From a virus, in IMG/VR virus record IMGVR_UViG_3300037549_000096: DNA of 64,000 nt. One strand, given 5' to 3'. Below are positions 1 through 10,921 of the stretch, piece after piece (the stretch's first letter is position 1; every line of letters begins with the position of its first letter). A program made the position numbers and the translations under genes. The notes under the pieces were generated by a model. That model saw only the letters and a program-made list of their open reading frames with translations, had not been told where the DNA came from and searched no databases.

Positions 1-381
1 AATTTCTGGTTCTTCTTCTATCTCTTGTGCTTCATTTTCTATAATAGTTTCTTCTACAATAGAAGTTTCTTCTACAATAATATCTTTACTTTCAATATGT
101 TCTTCAATAGTTAGTTTTTCAATAATTATTTCAGTAGATTCTTCCTCTTCTTCTATTACTGTATTTTCAGAAGAAATAGGTTTTATCGACTCTGTAACTA
201 CTATCGAAACTGCTGTATACCGATTTTTAGTCTTATCTAAGCGTAACCCGTTAAATTGTTCTGGTAATCCTTTATAAGTTCTACCCTCTAATGTAAAATT
301 AGAAAGAGCCGATATATTATTCGGCTCTTTCATTACTACTACAGGAAATTTTTTACCGCTGACTTGGACAGCAAACTTCAT
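1..381 (-). CDS. hypothetical protein with acidic Glu/Ile-rich region (runs off the window edge)
   Basis: Manual translation: ATG at 381 with GGAG upstream; MKFAVQVSGKKFPVVVMKEP... continues into an E/I-rich stretch. Not in the ORF track. Confidence 0.7.
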   Translation of the reverse strand, partial: MKFAVQVSGKKFPVVVMKEPNNISALSNFTLEGRTYKGLPEQFNGLRLDKTKNRYTAVSIVVTESIKPISSENTVIEEEEESTEIIIEKLTIEEHIESKDIIVEETSIVEETIIENEAQEIEEEPEI

Positions 382-389
382 GATCACTC

Positions 390-1352
390 CTAAAAGAGAT
401 CGTCGTCAGCCACTGGAACGGTAGAAGCTCTTTCGGTAGATGGTTCTGAAGTTTTGGGCTTATCTGATTGTGTTTCTACAGACGCCTGTGTACTTGTAAC
501 ACTTTCTACTGAAGGAGTGTCTTCGTTTTCGTCACCTTCAGACAGTGGGATGGAAAGTTCATTAGAAAGTTCACTCACAATTGTTTTATCAGCGATATTG
601 CCTCTGATACGTGCCAATTCCTGAATCTCTTTAAAATCACCATACACCGTCCCTGTCCCTAATGCAAGCTCTCTCATAGAACAAGGCATTTTAACCTGGA
701 CAACGGGCACATTTTGCTTTTGTTTACCACCTTTGCCATCGGGAACCATTTGAGATTCCATTTGTATACTTAACAAAACTTCTAAACCCCTTAAAGAGCC
801 TCGTATATTAAACATCATTTCAAATGCTTTTTGCATTTTACTAATACTACCCCAAGCATTTGTTCTAAACTTCCATACGCCACCAACTACGGGAGCATCA
901 AGAATAAACACGGATAAGATACCATTTGGTCTACAAGTAGTTTTATAAGGATCATTATTTACTAAACGAAACTTACAATGTTCATAATCACAAGGTACTT
1001 CGATTAAAGAACCATTTTGTTGTTTACGAACTGCTGTAATTCCATTTTCAGATTTACAAGACCATTCTTTTTTACCTTTCCAATCAGCAAAAGAAGTAAA
1101 AAATACTTCATCTGGATGATGAAAAGGTAAAACTACTTTAATAGATTTAGGTTTAGCCCCATAAATCTTTTCCATAGCTTCAGTCATAGGAATATGAATG
1201 GGAGCAGAATCCGTTTTAGGGTCTACTTGATGTGTAAATAAGAAAGAATCTAATTTAACTGGAAAACCGTTTGGGCCTTTCTTACCAATTGCGATTCTTC
1301 CATCAGTCGGCGGTAGAAGAGTTTTACCTGATTTATCTAGATTTAAACCCAT
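390..1352 (-). CDS. phage recombination-associated protein (Gp3-like / recombination directionality factor-like)
   Basis: 320 aa; GRIAIGKK..GFPVKLD N-terminus, Cys cluster (C..C...CRPNGIL), GGVWKFRT, acidic tail ending DDDLF; sits beside RecD and SbcC-like genes. Confidence 0.55.
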   Translation of the reverse strand: MGLNLDKSGKTLLPPTDGRIAIGKKGPNGFPVKLDSFLFTHQVDPKTDSAPIHIPMTEAMEKIYGAKPKSIKVVLPFHHPDEVFFTSFADWKGKKEWSCKSENGITAVRKQQNGSLIEVPCDYEHCKFRLVNNDPYKTTCRPNGILSVFILDAPVVGGVWKFRTNAWGSISKMQKAFEMMFNIRGSLRGLEVLLSIQMESQMVPDGKGGKQKQNVPVVQVKMPCSMRELALGTGTVYGDFKEIQELARIRGNIADKTIVSELSNELSIPLSEGDENEDTPSVESVTSTQASVETQSDKPKTSEPSTERASTVPVADDDLF

Positions 1353-1561
1353 TATGAATTCTCCTTTTTCTTAAAGAAAATAGTGATACGATCAATCAAT
1401 GGCATTAAATGATATTTACCTTTTTCATCTTCATGTTTACCATGTTCTGAATATACTTTATGAGGAACATTTTCGTCATCTAAATATTCATGTAACTCTT
1501 TAGCTTCTCCAACAAAAGTAATATCGTCCCAATGTTTACGAGCTTCTAATGATACACTCAT
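1352..1561 (-). CDS. hypothetical protein
   Basis: 69 aa, overlap-coupled to both neighbours. Confidence 0.65.
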   Translation of the reverse strand: MSVSLEARKHWDDITFVGEAKELHEYLDDENVPHKVYSEHGKHEDEKGKYHLMPLIDRITIFFKKKENS

Positions 1562-3234
1562 TGTTTAGCCTTTCTAAAATAACCAATATAAGAAGCAAGA
1601 GAAGATTGACGACCTTTATCCATATTATCGATAGCATCACATAAAATATCTTCATTTTCAGCTACGATTAATATTTGTTTCTTAGCTCTTGTTAAACCCG
1701 TATAAAGTAAATTACGAGTTGTAATTCTAGATTTATTTAAAAAGAACACGACCTTATCAAATTCACTTCCCTGGGACTTATGAACAGTAAACGCATATGC
1801 TAAACTAACCATCCAATGCATAGGTTTAGTATAATAAACTTCTCGCATATCCGAGTATTCTGCAATAAATTCACCAGTTTTAAATACTTTTCTAATAATC
1901 CCTGTATCACCATTCATGACATTATTTTGTTTATCATTCTTCAAATGAAGAATTCTATCTTTATCTCTAAATCTGCCCATACCTGGATTAACAATATCTT
2001 GGACAATAGGATTGATAATTTCTGAACCGTACTCTTTAAGAACGGTTAGAAATTGAGCATCTTTCCATTTGTCTGAATTTGCTATTTTCTTAATCAATTC
2101 TTCTACATTCATATTACCGTAGAAATAAGTTTGAACTTCTTTATCTTCACCTTTTACTAATTCTTTACCATTTGCAATAGCGTGTGCAGATTGAATAATT
2201 GACCCAGGTTGTTGACGTTTAATTTCTTTTAGATGACAATGAATACCAATACCACTATCTACAATTTGTTTAAGAACTTCACCTGCACCAACTGAAGGTA
2301 ATTGGCAAGGATCACCTACAATTAAAAGCTTACATGTTGTTTTATCGATAGCAATTGCAAGTTTACCTGCAATTTCAATATCCATCATGGAAGCTTCATC
2401 TACAATAACTAATTTACCTTCCAAAGTCCCGTTACCTTCAAGTTTATATCCTTCATAGGTGTCAGTAAAATATAAGATGGAATGGAGTGTTCTGGCTTCC
2501 ATTCCACATAATTCGGTAATTCTTTTTGCCGCCTTGCCTGTAGGAGCGCAAAGTATGATATTTTCTTCACCGTATATTTGAGAGATAACAGAAACAGTTC
2601 TAGTTTTGCCCGTTCCTGGTAGTCCTGTAAGAATGACAAGATTTGATTTCTGTAAAGCATGAACAGCTTCCTTTTGTTCATCTGCTAATTGATCAAATGC
2701 CGGATGAGATACACAAACATTATCAAAATAAGCCATACCAGCGGCATCTATATCAACTAACATTTGAGCTAAATACCTTTCGGCATAAATCAAACGTATT
2801 GGATAGATTTTACCACCCTTGGTTATAACTATTTTCTTTTTATCTTGTAATTCAGTTTGTACTTCAATGAGTTCATCCACAGGAAACTCATTAAGTTTTA
2901 AATTAGGCATTAATTGATAATCTCTAGCATAACAATGACCATAATCTATAACGTGTTCAAGAGCCGCTAAATAAACGGCTTTATGTCTACGTTTATCAAA
3001 TGGTATTTCACAATGTTTAGCTACTTTATCCGCTACTGCTACCGTAAAACCTTTATCTTTAGAATACCAAAACCACGGATCTAATTTCATGGTTTTATCC
3101 ATTTCAATTAGATCCGCGATATTGAAGTTATCTAATACATAAGGCGATACTAAAAATTTTTCGTTAATAGTATCAATGTAAGCTTGTTTTTCGGGAGAAA
3201 TAGTCGTTTCTTTATTTCCAAATAAATCTGCCAT
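1558..3234 (-). CDS. recD2: RecD2-like SF1B DNA helicase
   Basis: Walker A GLPGTGKT, APTGKAA, DEASM, GDPCQLPSVGAG, AYAFTVHKSQGSEF, LYTGLTRAK. Confidence 0.92.
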   Translation of the reverse strand: MADLFGNKETTISPEKQAYIDTINEKFLVSPYVLDNFNIADLIEMDKTMKLDPWFWYSKDKGFTVAVADKVAKHCEIPFDKRRHKAVYLAALEHVIDYGHCYARDYQLMPNLKLNEFPVDELIEVQTELQDKKKIVITKGGKIYPIRLIYAERYLAQMLVDIDAAGMAYFDNVCVSHPAFDQLADEQKEAVHALQKSNLVILTGLPGTGKTRTVSVISQIYGEENIILCAPTGKAAKRITELCGMEARTLHSILYFTDTYEGYKLEGNGTLEGKLVIVDEASMMDIEIAGKLAIAIDKTTCKLLIVGDPCQLPSVGAGEVLKQIVDSGIGIHCHLKEIKRQQPGSIIQSAHAIANGKELVKGEDKEVQTYFYGNMNVEELIKKIANSDKWKDAQFLTVLKEYGSEIINPIVQDIVNPGMGRFRDKDRILHLKNDKQNNVMNGDTGIIRKVFKTGEFIAEYSDMREVYYTKPMHWMVSLAYAFTVHKSQGSEFDKVVFFLNKSRITTRNLLYTGLTRAKKQILIVAENEDILCDAIDNMDKGRQSSLASYIGYFRKAKQ

Positions 3235-3236
3235 CT

Positions 3237-3440
3237 TTATACTTCAAAAAAAGTAGATTCACCATCTTGAAGTGAAGCGATTTTTTCAAAACCTGAATAA
3301 GCTCCATCTTTAATGGGATGACTAAATCTTCCATCATAAGGAACTTCAATATTAGATCCAGGTAAAATCATTACAATCTTACCATCTGTTACTCGCTTTT
3401 TAACTTCAGCTTCGCTATTACCACGTTTTTCTAGCGTCAT
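3237..3440 (-). CDS. hypothetical protein
   Basis: 67 aa with GGAG RBS, in operon. Confidence 0.65.
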   Translation of the reverse strand: MTLEKRGNSEAEVKKRVTDGKIVMILPGSNIEVPYDGRFSHPIKDGAYSGFEKIASLQDGESTFFEV

Positions 3441-3449
3441 GATTAACTC

Positions 3450-3773
3450 CTAATTAAATAAATCGTGACAAAAATTCCAAATCTGGATATCTGATTTAGA
3501 CAACCATTCACTATCACCATTAATTTGATAACCAATACAAATTAAATTTGTAATAGTATGACCAATTAAAATTCTATCTATAATAAGTTGTTTAGTTTTA
3601 AGTGGTTCATTTATATCAAATAAATTAACTTTTTTAGTTTCTGTAATCACATTATGAACTTCAGAACAAATTAAACTATTATCTAAAGATGAGTAATAAT
3701 TACAACCATCAGTTAATATTTCAGCTAAATCATTATTTCTAAAAATTTTACGATCTTTATTCATGAACGACAT
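3450..3773 (-). CDS. hypothetical protein
   Basis: 107 aa, in operon. Confidence 0.65.
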   Translation of the reverse strand: MSFMNKDRKIFRNNDLAEILTDGCNYYSSLDNSLICSEVHNVITETKKVNLFDINEPLKTKQLIIDRILIGHTITNLICIGYQINGDSEWLSKSDIQIWNFCHDLFN

Positions 3774-3775
3774 AA

Positions 3776-4111
3776 TTAAAAATCCTTTAATAAATCCCTT
3801 AACTTACTTTCGATAAATTCAGGAGGCTTTTTACTTGAAGTTGCAAAAATTCTAACAATAGTCTCACAATTACCTTCTTCGAGAAGTTTAAGAATAATCT
3901 TTTCTTTAAAAGACTCTTTATCTTCTCCTGGTTCTTCATATGGAGGTAATGAAGCTAGAGCAGCATTGCAATGAACGCAATGCCACTCTAATCTTGGAGA
4001 ACCATCTATCTCTACTGGTTTAGGTCCAAAGATCCAGTTTTTACAGTAACGACAGATAATCCCCGTTCTACCATTACTATCTTTTACAGGAACTTCATCA
4101 ACGACAAACAT
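3776..4111 (-). CDS. zinc-ribbon protein
   Basis: CRYC ... CVHC pairs; coupled to the upstream ATPase. Confidence 0.65.
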   Translation of the reverse strand: MFVVDEVPVKDSNGRTGIICRYCKNWIFGPKPVEIDGSPRLEWHCVHCNAALASLPPYEEPGEDKESFKEKIILKLLEEGNCETIVRIFATSSKKPPEFIESKLRDLLKDF

Positions 4112-5796
4112 TAAACCTCCGTTGGTACGCCTAACTTCATGCGAATTAGTTTAACTCCTGGAATTGATTTTAAGTAATCGTATTGATCTGTATGATGTTC
4201 AACTAAAGTACCAAATAATTGAATACCATTTACATTATCTGAATAGCTTTTAACAAATTGTTCTAAGACTTTTTTATCTAAAATTTCAAGCCTATCGGTC
4301 AAAAGTAGCCTAGATTTAGGATACAGGTTTTTCATAATAGCGCAAGCGGCACGTAGCTGGGTAGAAGTTGATTCCTCAGATAATGGAACGTCATTAAAAT
4401 AAATCCCATCATCTTTTACATCAATGCCGTTAATTTCTAACTTGGCTCGTTTAGTTAATTCTACATCGATAAAATTACGCAGCTTTTTTACTAGATCATC
4501 TAATTGTCGCTGACGTTTTACCTTTTCTTCGATATCTCCTAATGCAGCTAATTCTTTAGCCATTTTAGCTGTAGACAATTCTTTTTGTTTTTGCTCTAAT
4601 TCAATTTTAGTAGCTTCATCATTTTCAAGAGCTTCATCGGAAATGTTAAGATTATCAATCATGGCCTTAGTTCTATCACGTTCAACTCTTTTAGTGGTAA
4701 TAGTTTTCTTAATTTCAATTAATTTAGTAATACCATCTATTTGTTCACTTAATGCTAGATTTTGATTATGGAACGTTTTAAGACTTTCTCCCATATCATG
4801 AAGCTCAGTCTTCATACTTTCTTTAACACTTGTCATATCTGTATTGCAAGCGATTTTAAGACTAATAGGACAAACTGGATATGGACCCGTTTCAAGAGCA
4901 TCTAACGTTTTCTTTAATGTATTATAAGAACCACGTAATTCAGATTCTTGTGCTGAAAGCTTAATAAAATTTTGCTTTAAAGCTGCTATGTTTTCTTCAG
5001 CCTGACCGTCCTTGTCTTTCATTGATTCTTCGGCAACTAGAATCTCTGCCTCAAGTGTATTAAGCTGATCTTGAAGTTTCTGCTGAGTAACCAAATTGCC
5101 TTTTGCTGCATTAATTCTCGCATTCTTTTTGATTTGTTCATTTAATCGAGAATTAAGTTCAGAAGTTTGAAGCTCTAATCTTTCGATAAAAGCTTGATCT
5201 GGAATGAAGTCTAATTTAGCACTCGACATTTTTTGTTTAATAACATCTATTTGTCTGTTAATTTCAGTACGATCAGAATAATATTTTTTATAAGTATCTT
5301 CACATAATGTTCTAGCGTCTTTAGTTACTCTAGAACCATCTTGTTCATATAAAACTACACCTAAATCTTCAGCTTCTTTATCAGTAAGAATCATCTTACT
5401 GGCCAAAGCTTCACGAATAACTTTAGATTGTAATTTAGGATCTAGAAAAATAAAATTAATAGGATCAAAACAAAATTCACTAAAATTAGATAAAGCAATA
5501 CTGGAATCAACTACGCTACCATCCTGTTTCTTGGTAACGATAATTCTATCCTTTTTAGAACCTCTTACTAAAACACGATCAAAAGTAGCTTTTTCAGTAT
5601 CGGCTACAACTCTTGTTTCATTCTTACCATTTTTTACATAAAATGGTTTATTACCTCCGATTAAACACCATGCAATAGATTTAAGCATGGAAGTTTTACC
5701 TTGTCTATTATCTCCAATAAAAAAAGTAATTTTATCACACTTTACTTCTGCTTTTTCGATACCTTTAAAATCAGAAACCTTCAGGTTCACGATCAT
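4111..5796 (-). CDS. Rad50/SbcC-like ABC ATPase with coiled coil
   Basis: DFKGI, Walker A GDNRQGKTS, long coiled coil with central CPISLKIAC hook-like motif, degenerate signature/Walker B (ESTSTQ, LLLTDRLEILD). Confidence 0.85.
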   Translation of the reverse strand: MIVNLKVSDFKGIEKAEVKCDKITFFIGDNRQGKTSMLKSIAWCLIGGNKPFYVKNGKNETRVVADTEKATFDRVLVRGSKKDRIIVTKKQDGSVVDSSIALSNFSEFCFDPINFIFLDPKLQSKVIREALASKMILTDKEAEDLGVVLYEQDGSRVTKDARTLCEDTYKKYYSDRTEINRQIDVIKQKMSSAKLDFIPDQAFIERLELQTSELNSRLNEQIKKNARINAAKGNLVTQQKLQDQLNTLEAEILVAEESMKDKDGQAEENIAALKQNFIKLSAQESELRGSYNTLKKTLDALETGPYPVCPISLKIACNTDMTSVKESMKTELHDMGESLKTFHNQNLALSEQIDGITKLIEIKKTITTKRVERDRTKAMIDNLNISDEALENDEATKIELEQKQKELSTAKMAKELAALGDIEEKVKRQRQLDDLVKKLRNFIDVELTKRAKLEINGIDVKDDGIYFNDVPLSEESTSTQLRAACAIMKNLYPKSRLLLTDRLEILDKKVLEQFVKSYSDNVNGIQLFGTLVEHHTDQYDYLKSIPGVKLIRMKLGVPTEV

Positions 5797-8700
5797 CTGT
5801 ATTTCCTTCCATGTTTAACGTTTTAGCAGGAACGATAATAGCTCTACTAGTTTTTGTTTTACCGCTACCAATACTTTGAAAATCAGGAATACGGGTAGAT
5901 TGAATATTACCTTTTTCATCTAATAAAGCAAATCCCATATCTGCGAATTCTTGTTTTAATGAATCAGCTAGAGTAAAATCAAAATGACGTTTAATCGCTA
6001 AAGTCAACAATCTCCAAGATGTGATTGCATACACTATAGAACTTTCGTCAGACGGATTTTTTCTATACTTTAAAACAAAGTATTGAGGATTATGTTGTTG
6101 ACTAAGAACAACCTGTTTAGGTTTATCATTCTGGTCATACAACATAGAGGCTACATTAAATGTATTACTGATAATAGCTTCTGAGAAATAAGTTTTAAAC
6201 TTTTCCATAACTCTTACCTCTGTTGAACGTGCTACTTGAACCTTTGCTTGAGATTGAATACTTATAAACAATTCCTGAATAGCTTTATCAGCTTCTTCTT
6301 TTGTGCAAACCTCTTTATGTTCTAAGAATTTACAGAAAGAATAAAATCCAGTCAAAATCATTGATAACTGTAAAGCGATACGACCATTATTAGGTTCGTC
6401 TTTAATAGTTTTTTCGATAGCTTTATAATAAAACTTATAACGTTCAATCAAAGTATCAATATTGTTATGTTGCCACGCGATTAAATAAGGCGTGAAACAT
6501 TTAAACAAAGGCAACGTTTCGCTTCCATTAACTTCTCTATAAATATCCTCTGTATTAATAAGTGGAACATAAAAACGTAAATATCTAGCTTCTGCTGATG
6601 TTTCTAAATCTTGAGCATATTCAGCGGTCGTAATTACGTTTGCGTTGAAATAATTGATATCAACCATTTCAGACTTAGTATTTAAACGACCACGAGTTTT
6701 ACCATTATAAAGATTATGTACCATATTATTCATAGCTTCAACTGTATAATCTTTACTAGGTTTGAATTCATCACAAACACAAATACAACTTCCAGTAGCA
6801 GCGATAGCAGCTTCTAGATGCTTAGGGGTTTGATTATTAAAAGCATTTACTTTATCGTCTGTGGCAAAATCTCCATAAAAATTTTGAATGATTCTAGCTA
6901 ATGAAGTTTTGTGACTATTAGAATTACCAATAAGAAATAAATGTAGTCCATTAACATTATTATCTAATATATGTTTAATAGGAGTACAAAAAGCAAATCC
7001 TATTAATCCATCAACTAACGTTCGGTCATGTAACTTCCTTAACTTATACCACAAAGTATGAGAAATTTTCATTAAAGTTTCTTCGTTACAAGTAGAAAAC
7101 TTATAATTTACTGATCTAGATAAATCAATATTTAAAATTTTGTTCTCTACTACTTTACCATCAATAACTGAGACGTATTTACTTAAATATGTTTTTAATG
7201 TTCCGTCTTTAACGAAAAAATTAGGACGTAAAACATTACTCATTGTTTCAGTCGCAAAGCTTTTCATGTGAGGACCAGGAGTAGGATAAGATAACTTTTC
7301 CTTAACTACTGATAATGTATTTTTGATACAGAAAAATACGTCAGCTTCTCGATCTTTCTTAACAGCGTTGATTAGGCTAATTTCTGCACTATATACATTA
7401 TTCCAAAACTTTTTATAGTCTACAAGATCTTCGACCTTAAAAATCACATTTCGTTTTGCTTTCATCTTATGAAATGAAATTTCAGCATAAATTTCAGTTG
7501 ATTCCCAAGCTACATCTAGATCCTCAGACTTGGATTTATTATGACCTTTCATTAATGAGGTCATTTTCATTTGACCACGAATAATGAAATCAGAAATTTG
7601 AAGTTTTTCAACAACTCCGTTCTTATCTGTTTCTTCTTTCCAATAACAATTATTTTTAATATAATAATCTGAATCATTAATTTGCGTAAATACAGCATCG
7701 TCTAATTGACGAACCATATCATCATCTACACCAGTTAAATCTGAGTAGAGATTTTTCAATATTAATTGATCTACATTATTAAATAATCGCTTAGAAAAAC
7801 GTTCACAAAAACTGAATCGAGCAGAATTTCTTGCGTCATCGGCATAATTTAAAACTAATTTTTCAATAGTGCAATATAAGAATTCAGATATATTTTTTCT
7901 TAGATTATGTGTTTTAAAAATATCAAAATAAGCCTGTTTTCGATTATCTAAATTTTCTCTAAGATAATCATCTAAATCATATTTATCTTTTTGATTAGCC
8001 CAATAAATAGTTTTAAATTCTAATGGTTTTAAATAATTATAAACATCAATAACGTTATCTACGGTAGCTCTATCATTATCTTTTTTATCTGGATCTTTTA
8101 ATTGAACGTCTGGAAAATAAAATACACGATTTAAAGTTCCTTCTAATACTTTTAGTTTAGCATTATTCGCTAAAGAACCAGTACAAAATATTTGTTTAAC
8201 AACTTTAGCTGCTAAATCCTTTTCATTTTCCGTTTGACCCCATAAAGCCGCTGCTACTGCTACACGATTCATTTCTCCTTCAGCAATAGCTACGTTTTTA
8301 TCACTAAGGGCATAATTCAATCCATACATAGCTAATGCTTGATCGTTAAGAACACTTGTGAAAATGCGTTTCTCATCTTCTAATGTTCTTAATTTAATAC
8401 CTACTAATGCGCCTTGTCTATTATAAAGAGGAAATACAATTGCATTATTTTCTACTTCTGGAAAATGAGTAAAAGACATTTCATCTTTATTATTTTTATC
8501 CATATCTAATTCATATTTTTTACATATGGTTTCGACTATGGACTTAGCAGGCCACATTCCTATTTCAAGTAAGTCAAAAAACTTTTGATCAAATGGAAGC
8601 TTTCTAGTTTCACAATAAGCACGAAGCATGAAAGTTTGCTTTGCGTCGGCATTATCAAAAAACATAGCATTCATTGTATTGCGGCATACTAAATAAATAT

Positions 8701-9097
8701 CATTTAAAGCTTCTTGACGCTTAGTATAATGTTGAATATTTTTAAGTAAATTATTAGGAATTGTCTCGCCTACATAATTTGCTAAAAATAAGACCGCATC
8801 ATAATAACTTTTACAAACTTTGGTAATTAGTAATAAATCAATATGATTATATACTTTACCAATTTTGTTGACGTAGTTAGATTGATCACCAAAATCAGTT
8901 AAAGTATTATTTCTAGGGAAAAAACAAAGCGAAGGGTGTTCATCCCTTCGCCATTGAGTCTTAGCGCGTAACCTAGAATTGATATTTTGAAACTGGATAC
9001 CTGTAATTTTTGTATAAAATCTATCAATCGGAGCTTTATCTTTAAGACTATTAATATAACTTGCAGGTATTAAAGAATCACTCTTAGTTTTCGCCAT
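5771..9097 (-). CDS. DNA primase-helicase fusion
   Basis: 1108 aa; DnaG-like core (IVFPLYNRQGALVGIKLR, AIAEGEMN, YFPD, YDLDDY) followed by a P-loop domain (GNSNSHKTS, CVCDEF, GKTRGR). Confidence 0.8.
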   Translation of the reverse strand: MAKTKSDSLIPASYINSLKDKAPIDRFYTKITGIQFQNINSRLRAKTQWRRDEHPSLCFFPRNNTLTDFGDQSNYVNKIGKVYNHIDLLLITKVCKSYYDAVLFLANYVGETIPNNLLKNIQHYTKRQEALNDIYLVCRNTMNAMFFDNADAKQTFMLRAYCETRKLPFDQKFFDLLEIGMWPAKSIVETICKKYELDMDKNNKDEMSFTHFPEVENNAIVFPLYNRQGALVGIKLRTLEDEKRIFTSVLNDQALAMYGLNYALSDKNVAIAEGEMNRVAVAAALWGQTENEKDLAAKVVKQIFCTGSLANNAKLKVLEGTLNRVFYFPDVQLKDPDKKDNDRATVDNVIDVYNYLKPLEFKTIYWANQKDKYDLDDYLRENLDNRKQAYFDIFKTHNLRKNISEFLYCTIEKLVLNYADDARNSARFSFCERFSKRLFNNVDQLILKNLYSDLTGVDDDMVRQLDDAVFTQINDSDYYIKNNCYWKEETDKNGVVEKLQISDFIIRGQMKMTSLMKGHNKSKSEDLDVAWESTEIYAEISFHKMKAKRNVIFKVEDLVDYKKFWNNVYSAEISLINAVKKDREADVFFCIKNTLSVVKEKLSYPTPGPHMKSFATETMSNVLRPNFFVKDGTLKTYLSKYVSVIDGKVVENKILNIDLSRSVNYKFSTCNEETLMKISHTLWYKLRKLHDRTLVDGLIGFAFCTPIKHILDNNVNGLHLFLIGNSNSHKTSLARIIQNFYGDFATDDKVNAFNNQTPKHLEAAIAATGSCICVCDEFKPSKDYTVEAMNNMVHNLYNGKTRGRLNTKSEMVDINYFNANVITTAEYAQDLETSAEARYLRFYVPLINTEDIYREVNGSETLPLFKCFTPYLIAWQHNNIDTLIERYKFYYKAIEKTIKDEPNNGRIALQLSMILTGFYSFCKFLEHKEVCTKEEADKAIQELFISIQSQAKVQVARSTEVRVMEKFKTYFSEAIISNTFNVASMLYDQNDKPKQVVLSQQHNPQYFVLKYRKNPSDESSIVYAITSWRLLTLAIKRHFDFTLADSLKQEFADMGFALLDEKGNIQSTRIPDFQSIGSGKTKTSRAIIVPAKTLNMEGNTDDREPEGF

Positions 9098-9121
9098 CTA
9101 TACTCCATTTGAACAAACCTC

Positions 9122-9150
9122 ACTATAACACATAATGTATACAAAATCAA
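9122..9150 (-). promoter_or_regulatory. sigma70-like promoter upstream of the primase-helicase operon
   Basis: Minus strand TTGATT-N17-TATAGT with an extended -10 TG. Confidence 0.45.
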
Positions 9151-9178
9151 ATGAAATTTATTTTAAGAGTGATCATTG

Positions 9179-10921
9179 TTAAGAAACTAGTTTACCTTTT
9201 AAAAATCTATCTAAACGAGTTTTAGTAACAATAGAACTCCAAATATCAGGTTCAAGTGTTCCTTTAAAGAAAAAGTGACGTTCAGTTACTTCTCTAGTTT
9301 GACCTCTACGATGATTACGCTTTCTTGATTGTGCATATTGATTATTATCATCAACCGCTGAAGGATAATAAGTATAGTTAGCTTTAAGCCAAGTGTGACC
9401 ATACATAAATGCACCTGGATGAGCTACCATAATTCTGCACTTAGGATTTTGTAACCATAGAGTTAATTGTTCTGTTTGTTCATCATCTTTCATACCGCCT
9501 TGACCATAAGCGCAAATATAATCCTTAGATAATTCTTCCATATAAATTGCTAATTCTTCTCTATAACGAGTCCAAATAATAACATTAGAAGTAGGATCTG
9601 ATAAATCATATTTTAATTGTTTTTTAACAGCATCCAACTTTGGGTTACTAGAAAGACGAATTGGCGTTTTAACTTTAAAAGCATCTACATGATAAATGAA
9701 ACCTGCATAAGCTTGTAAAAGTTTAGCTCGTTCAGACATTTCATTTTCAACATAAATTTCTCTATCCATATTGTTTTTATTATCAATTAATTTTAAATAA
9801 CCATCTTCAATATCTTTACAAACTTGATCTTGATCTTTAGGCATAGTTACATAAATATCAAAATCTTTACCTTTATAATAAGGTGGTAAATTTAAATATT
9901 CTTCAGAAGTCATGTATATAGATACAGCTTCAATTCTAGATTTAATTTCTTCTTCAGCATTTCTACGTGGAAAGTATTTAGATTTTCCAGGTCTAATTTC
10001 TATCGATTTACCATATCTTTGTTCAAAGGCTTCATAAGAATCACCTAACCAATTTCCAATACAAGAGTTTAATCCCCATAACTGAAAAATGCCATTAGGC
10101 GCGGGAAGTCCTGACATTAATAAACTATATTCAACATTTTTACTTAATTCTTTAAAACATCGACGTATTTTAGAAGAAGGTGATCTAAGTTTTGTAGCTT
10201 CATCAAAAATAATGTTCTTAAAACCCTTATGAGCAAAAACATTATTTTTAATATAATCATCATTTTTATCTAAACAATGAACCGCAAATTGTTCTGGATT
10301 AATAATAAAACAATCAGCGTAAGGATTATTAACATTATCTATATTTTTTCGTAAACTTAACATTGTCATATCTGAAAATTTATCTAACTCACCTTCCCAG
10401 TTTTCTTCACCATGTAAACTTTTAGGAGCAACAATTAAAGTAGAACCTCTTGGAATTAATTTATTATTAATCAAGTGTTGAGTAAATGATAAACCAATAG
10501 CTGATTTACCTAATCCCATATCTAAATACATACCAGCTTTTCTAACAGCAAACCCAAAGAGTATGGCTCTACGTTGATAGTTGTCTAAAATAATATCTGC
10601 TTTTTCATAAAAATTACCTTCATTCCATACTAAATCAATGTCATCATCTAACATTGTTTTATATTTTTTTGCTTCAAGAATACGTTTATATTCTTCTAAA
10701 AGTAAAATTCTTACATTCATAGCTGTGTCTGTATAACTTAATTGCCAATCAAATTGTTTAGCAGCTTTAGTAAGATCAAGTAAGTTATTAATACAAATTT
10801 CAGAAGTGTATTCTGTAAATTTTCTAATAGCCCGAAAACCTAACCATGATAAATCATTAGCACCATGATATCTAAATTTATCTCCGGTTATATCTATTTC
10901 TATGCGTTTCGGTTGCAACAT
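9179..10921 (-). CDS. SNF2-family (SF2) helicase
   Basis: DMGLGKS, IVAPKS, IIFDEAT, MSGLP, RNHRRGQ. Start moved to ATG 10921, which has a GGAGG RBS. Confidence 0.88.
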   Translation of the reverse strand: MLQPKRIEIDITGDKFRYHGANDLSWLGFRAIRKFTEYTSEICINNLLDLTKAAKQFDWQLSYTDTAMNVRILLLEEYKRILEAKKYKTMLDDDIDLVWNEGNFYEKADIILDNYQRRAILFGFAVRKAGMYLDMGLGKSAIGLSFTQHLINNKLIPRGSTLIVAPKSLHGEENWEGELDKFSDMTMLSLRKNIDNVNNPYADCFIINPEQFAVHCLDKNDDYIKNNVFAHKGFKNIIFDEATKLRSPSSKIRRCFKELSKNVEYSLLMSGLPAPNGIFQLWGLNSCIGNWLGDSYEAFEQRYGKSIEIRPGKSKYFPRRNAEEEIKSRIEAVSIYMTSEEYLNLPPYYKGKDFDIYVTMPKDQDQVCKDIEDGYLKLIDNKNNMDREIYVENEMSERAKLLQAYAGFIYHVDAFKVKTPIRLSSNPKLDAVKKQLKYDLSDPTSNVIIWTRYREELAIYMEELSKDYICAYGQGGMKDDEQTEQLTLWLQNPKCRIMVAHPGAFMYGHTWLKANYTYYPSAVDDNNQYAQSRKRNHRRGQTREVTERHFFFKGTLEPDIWSSIVTKTRLDRFLKGKLVS

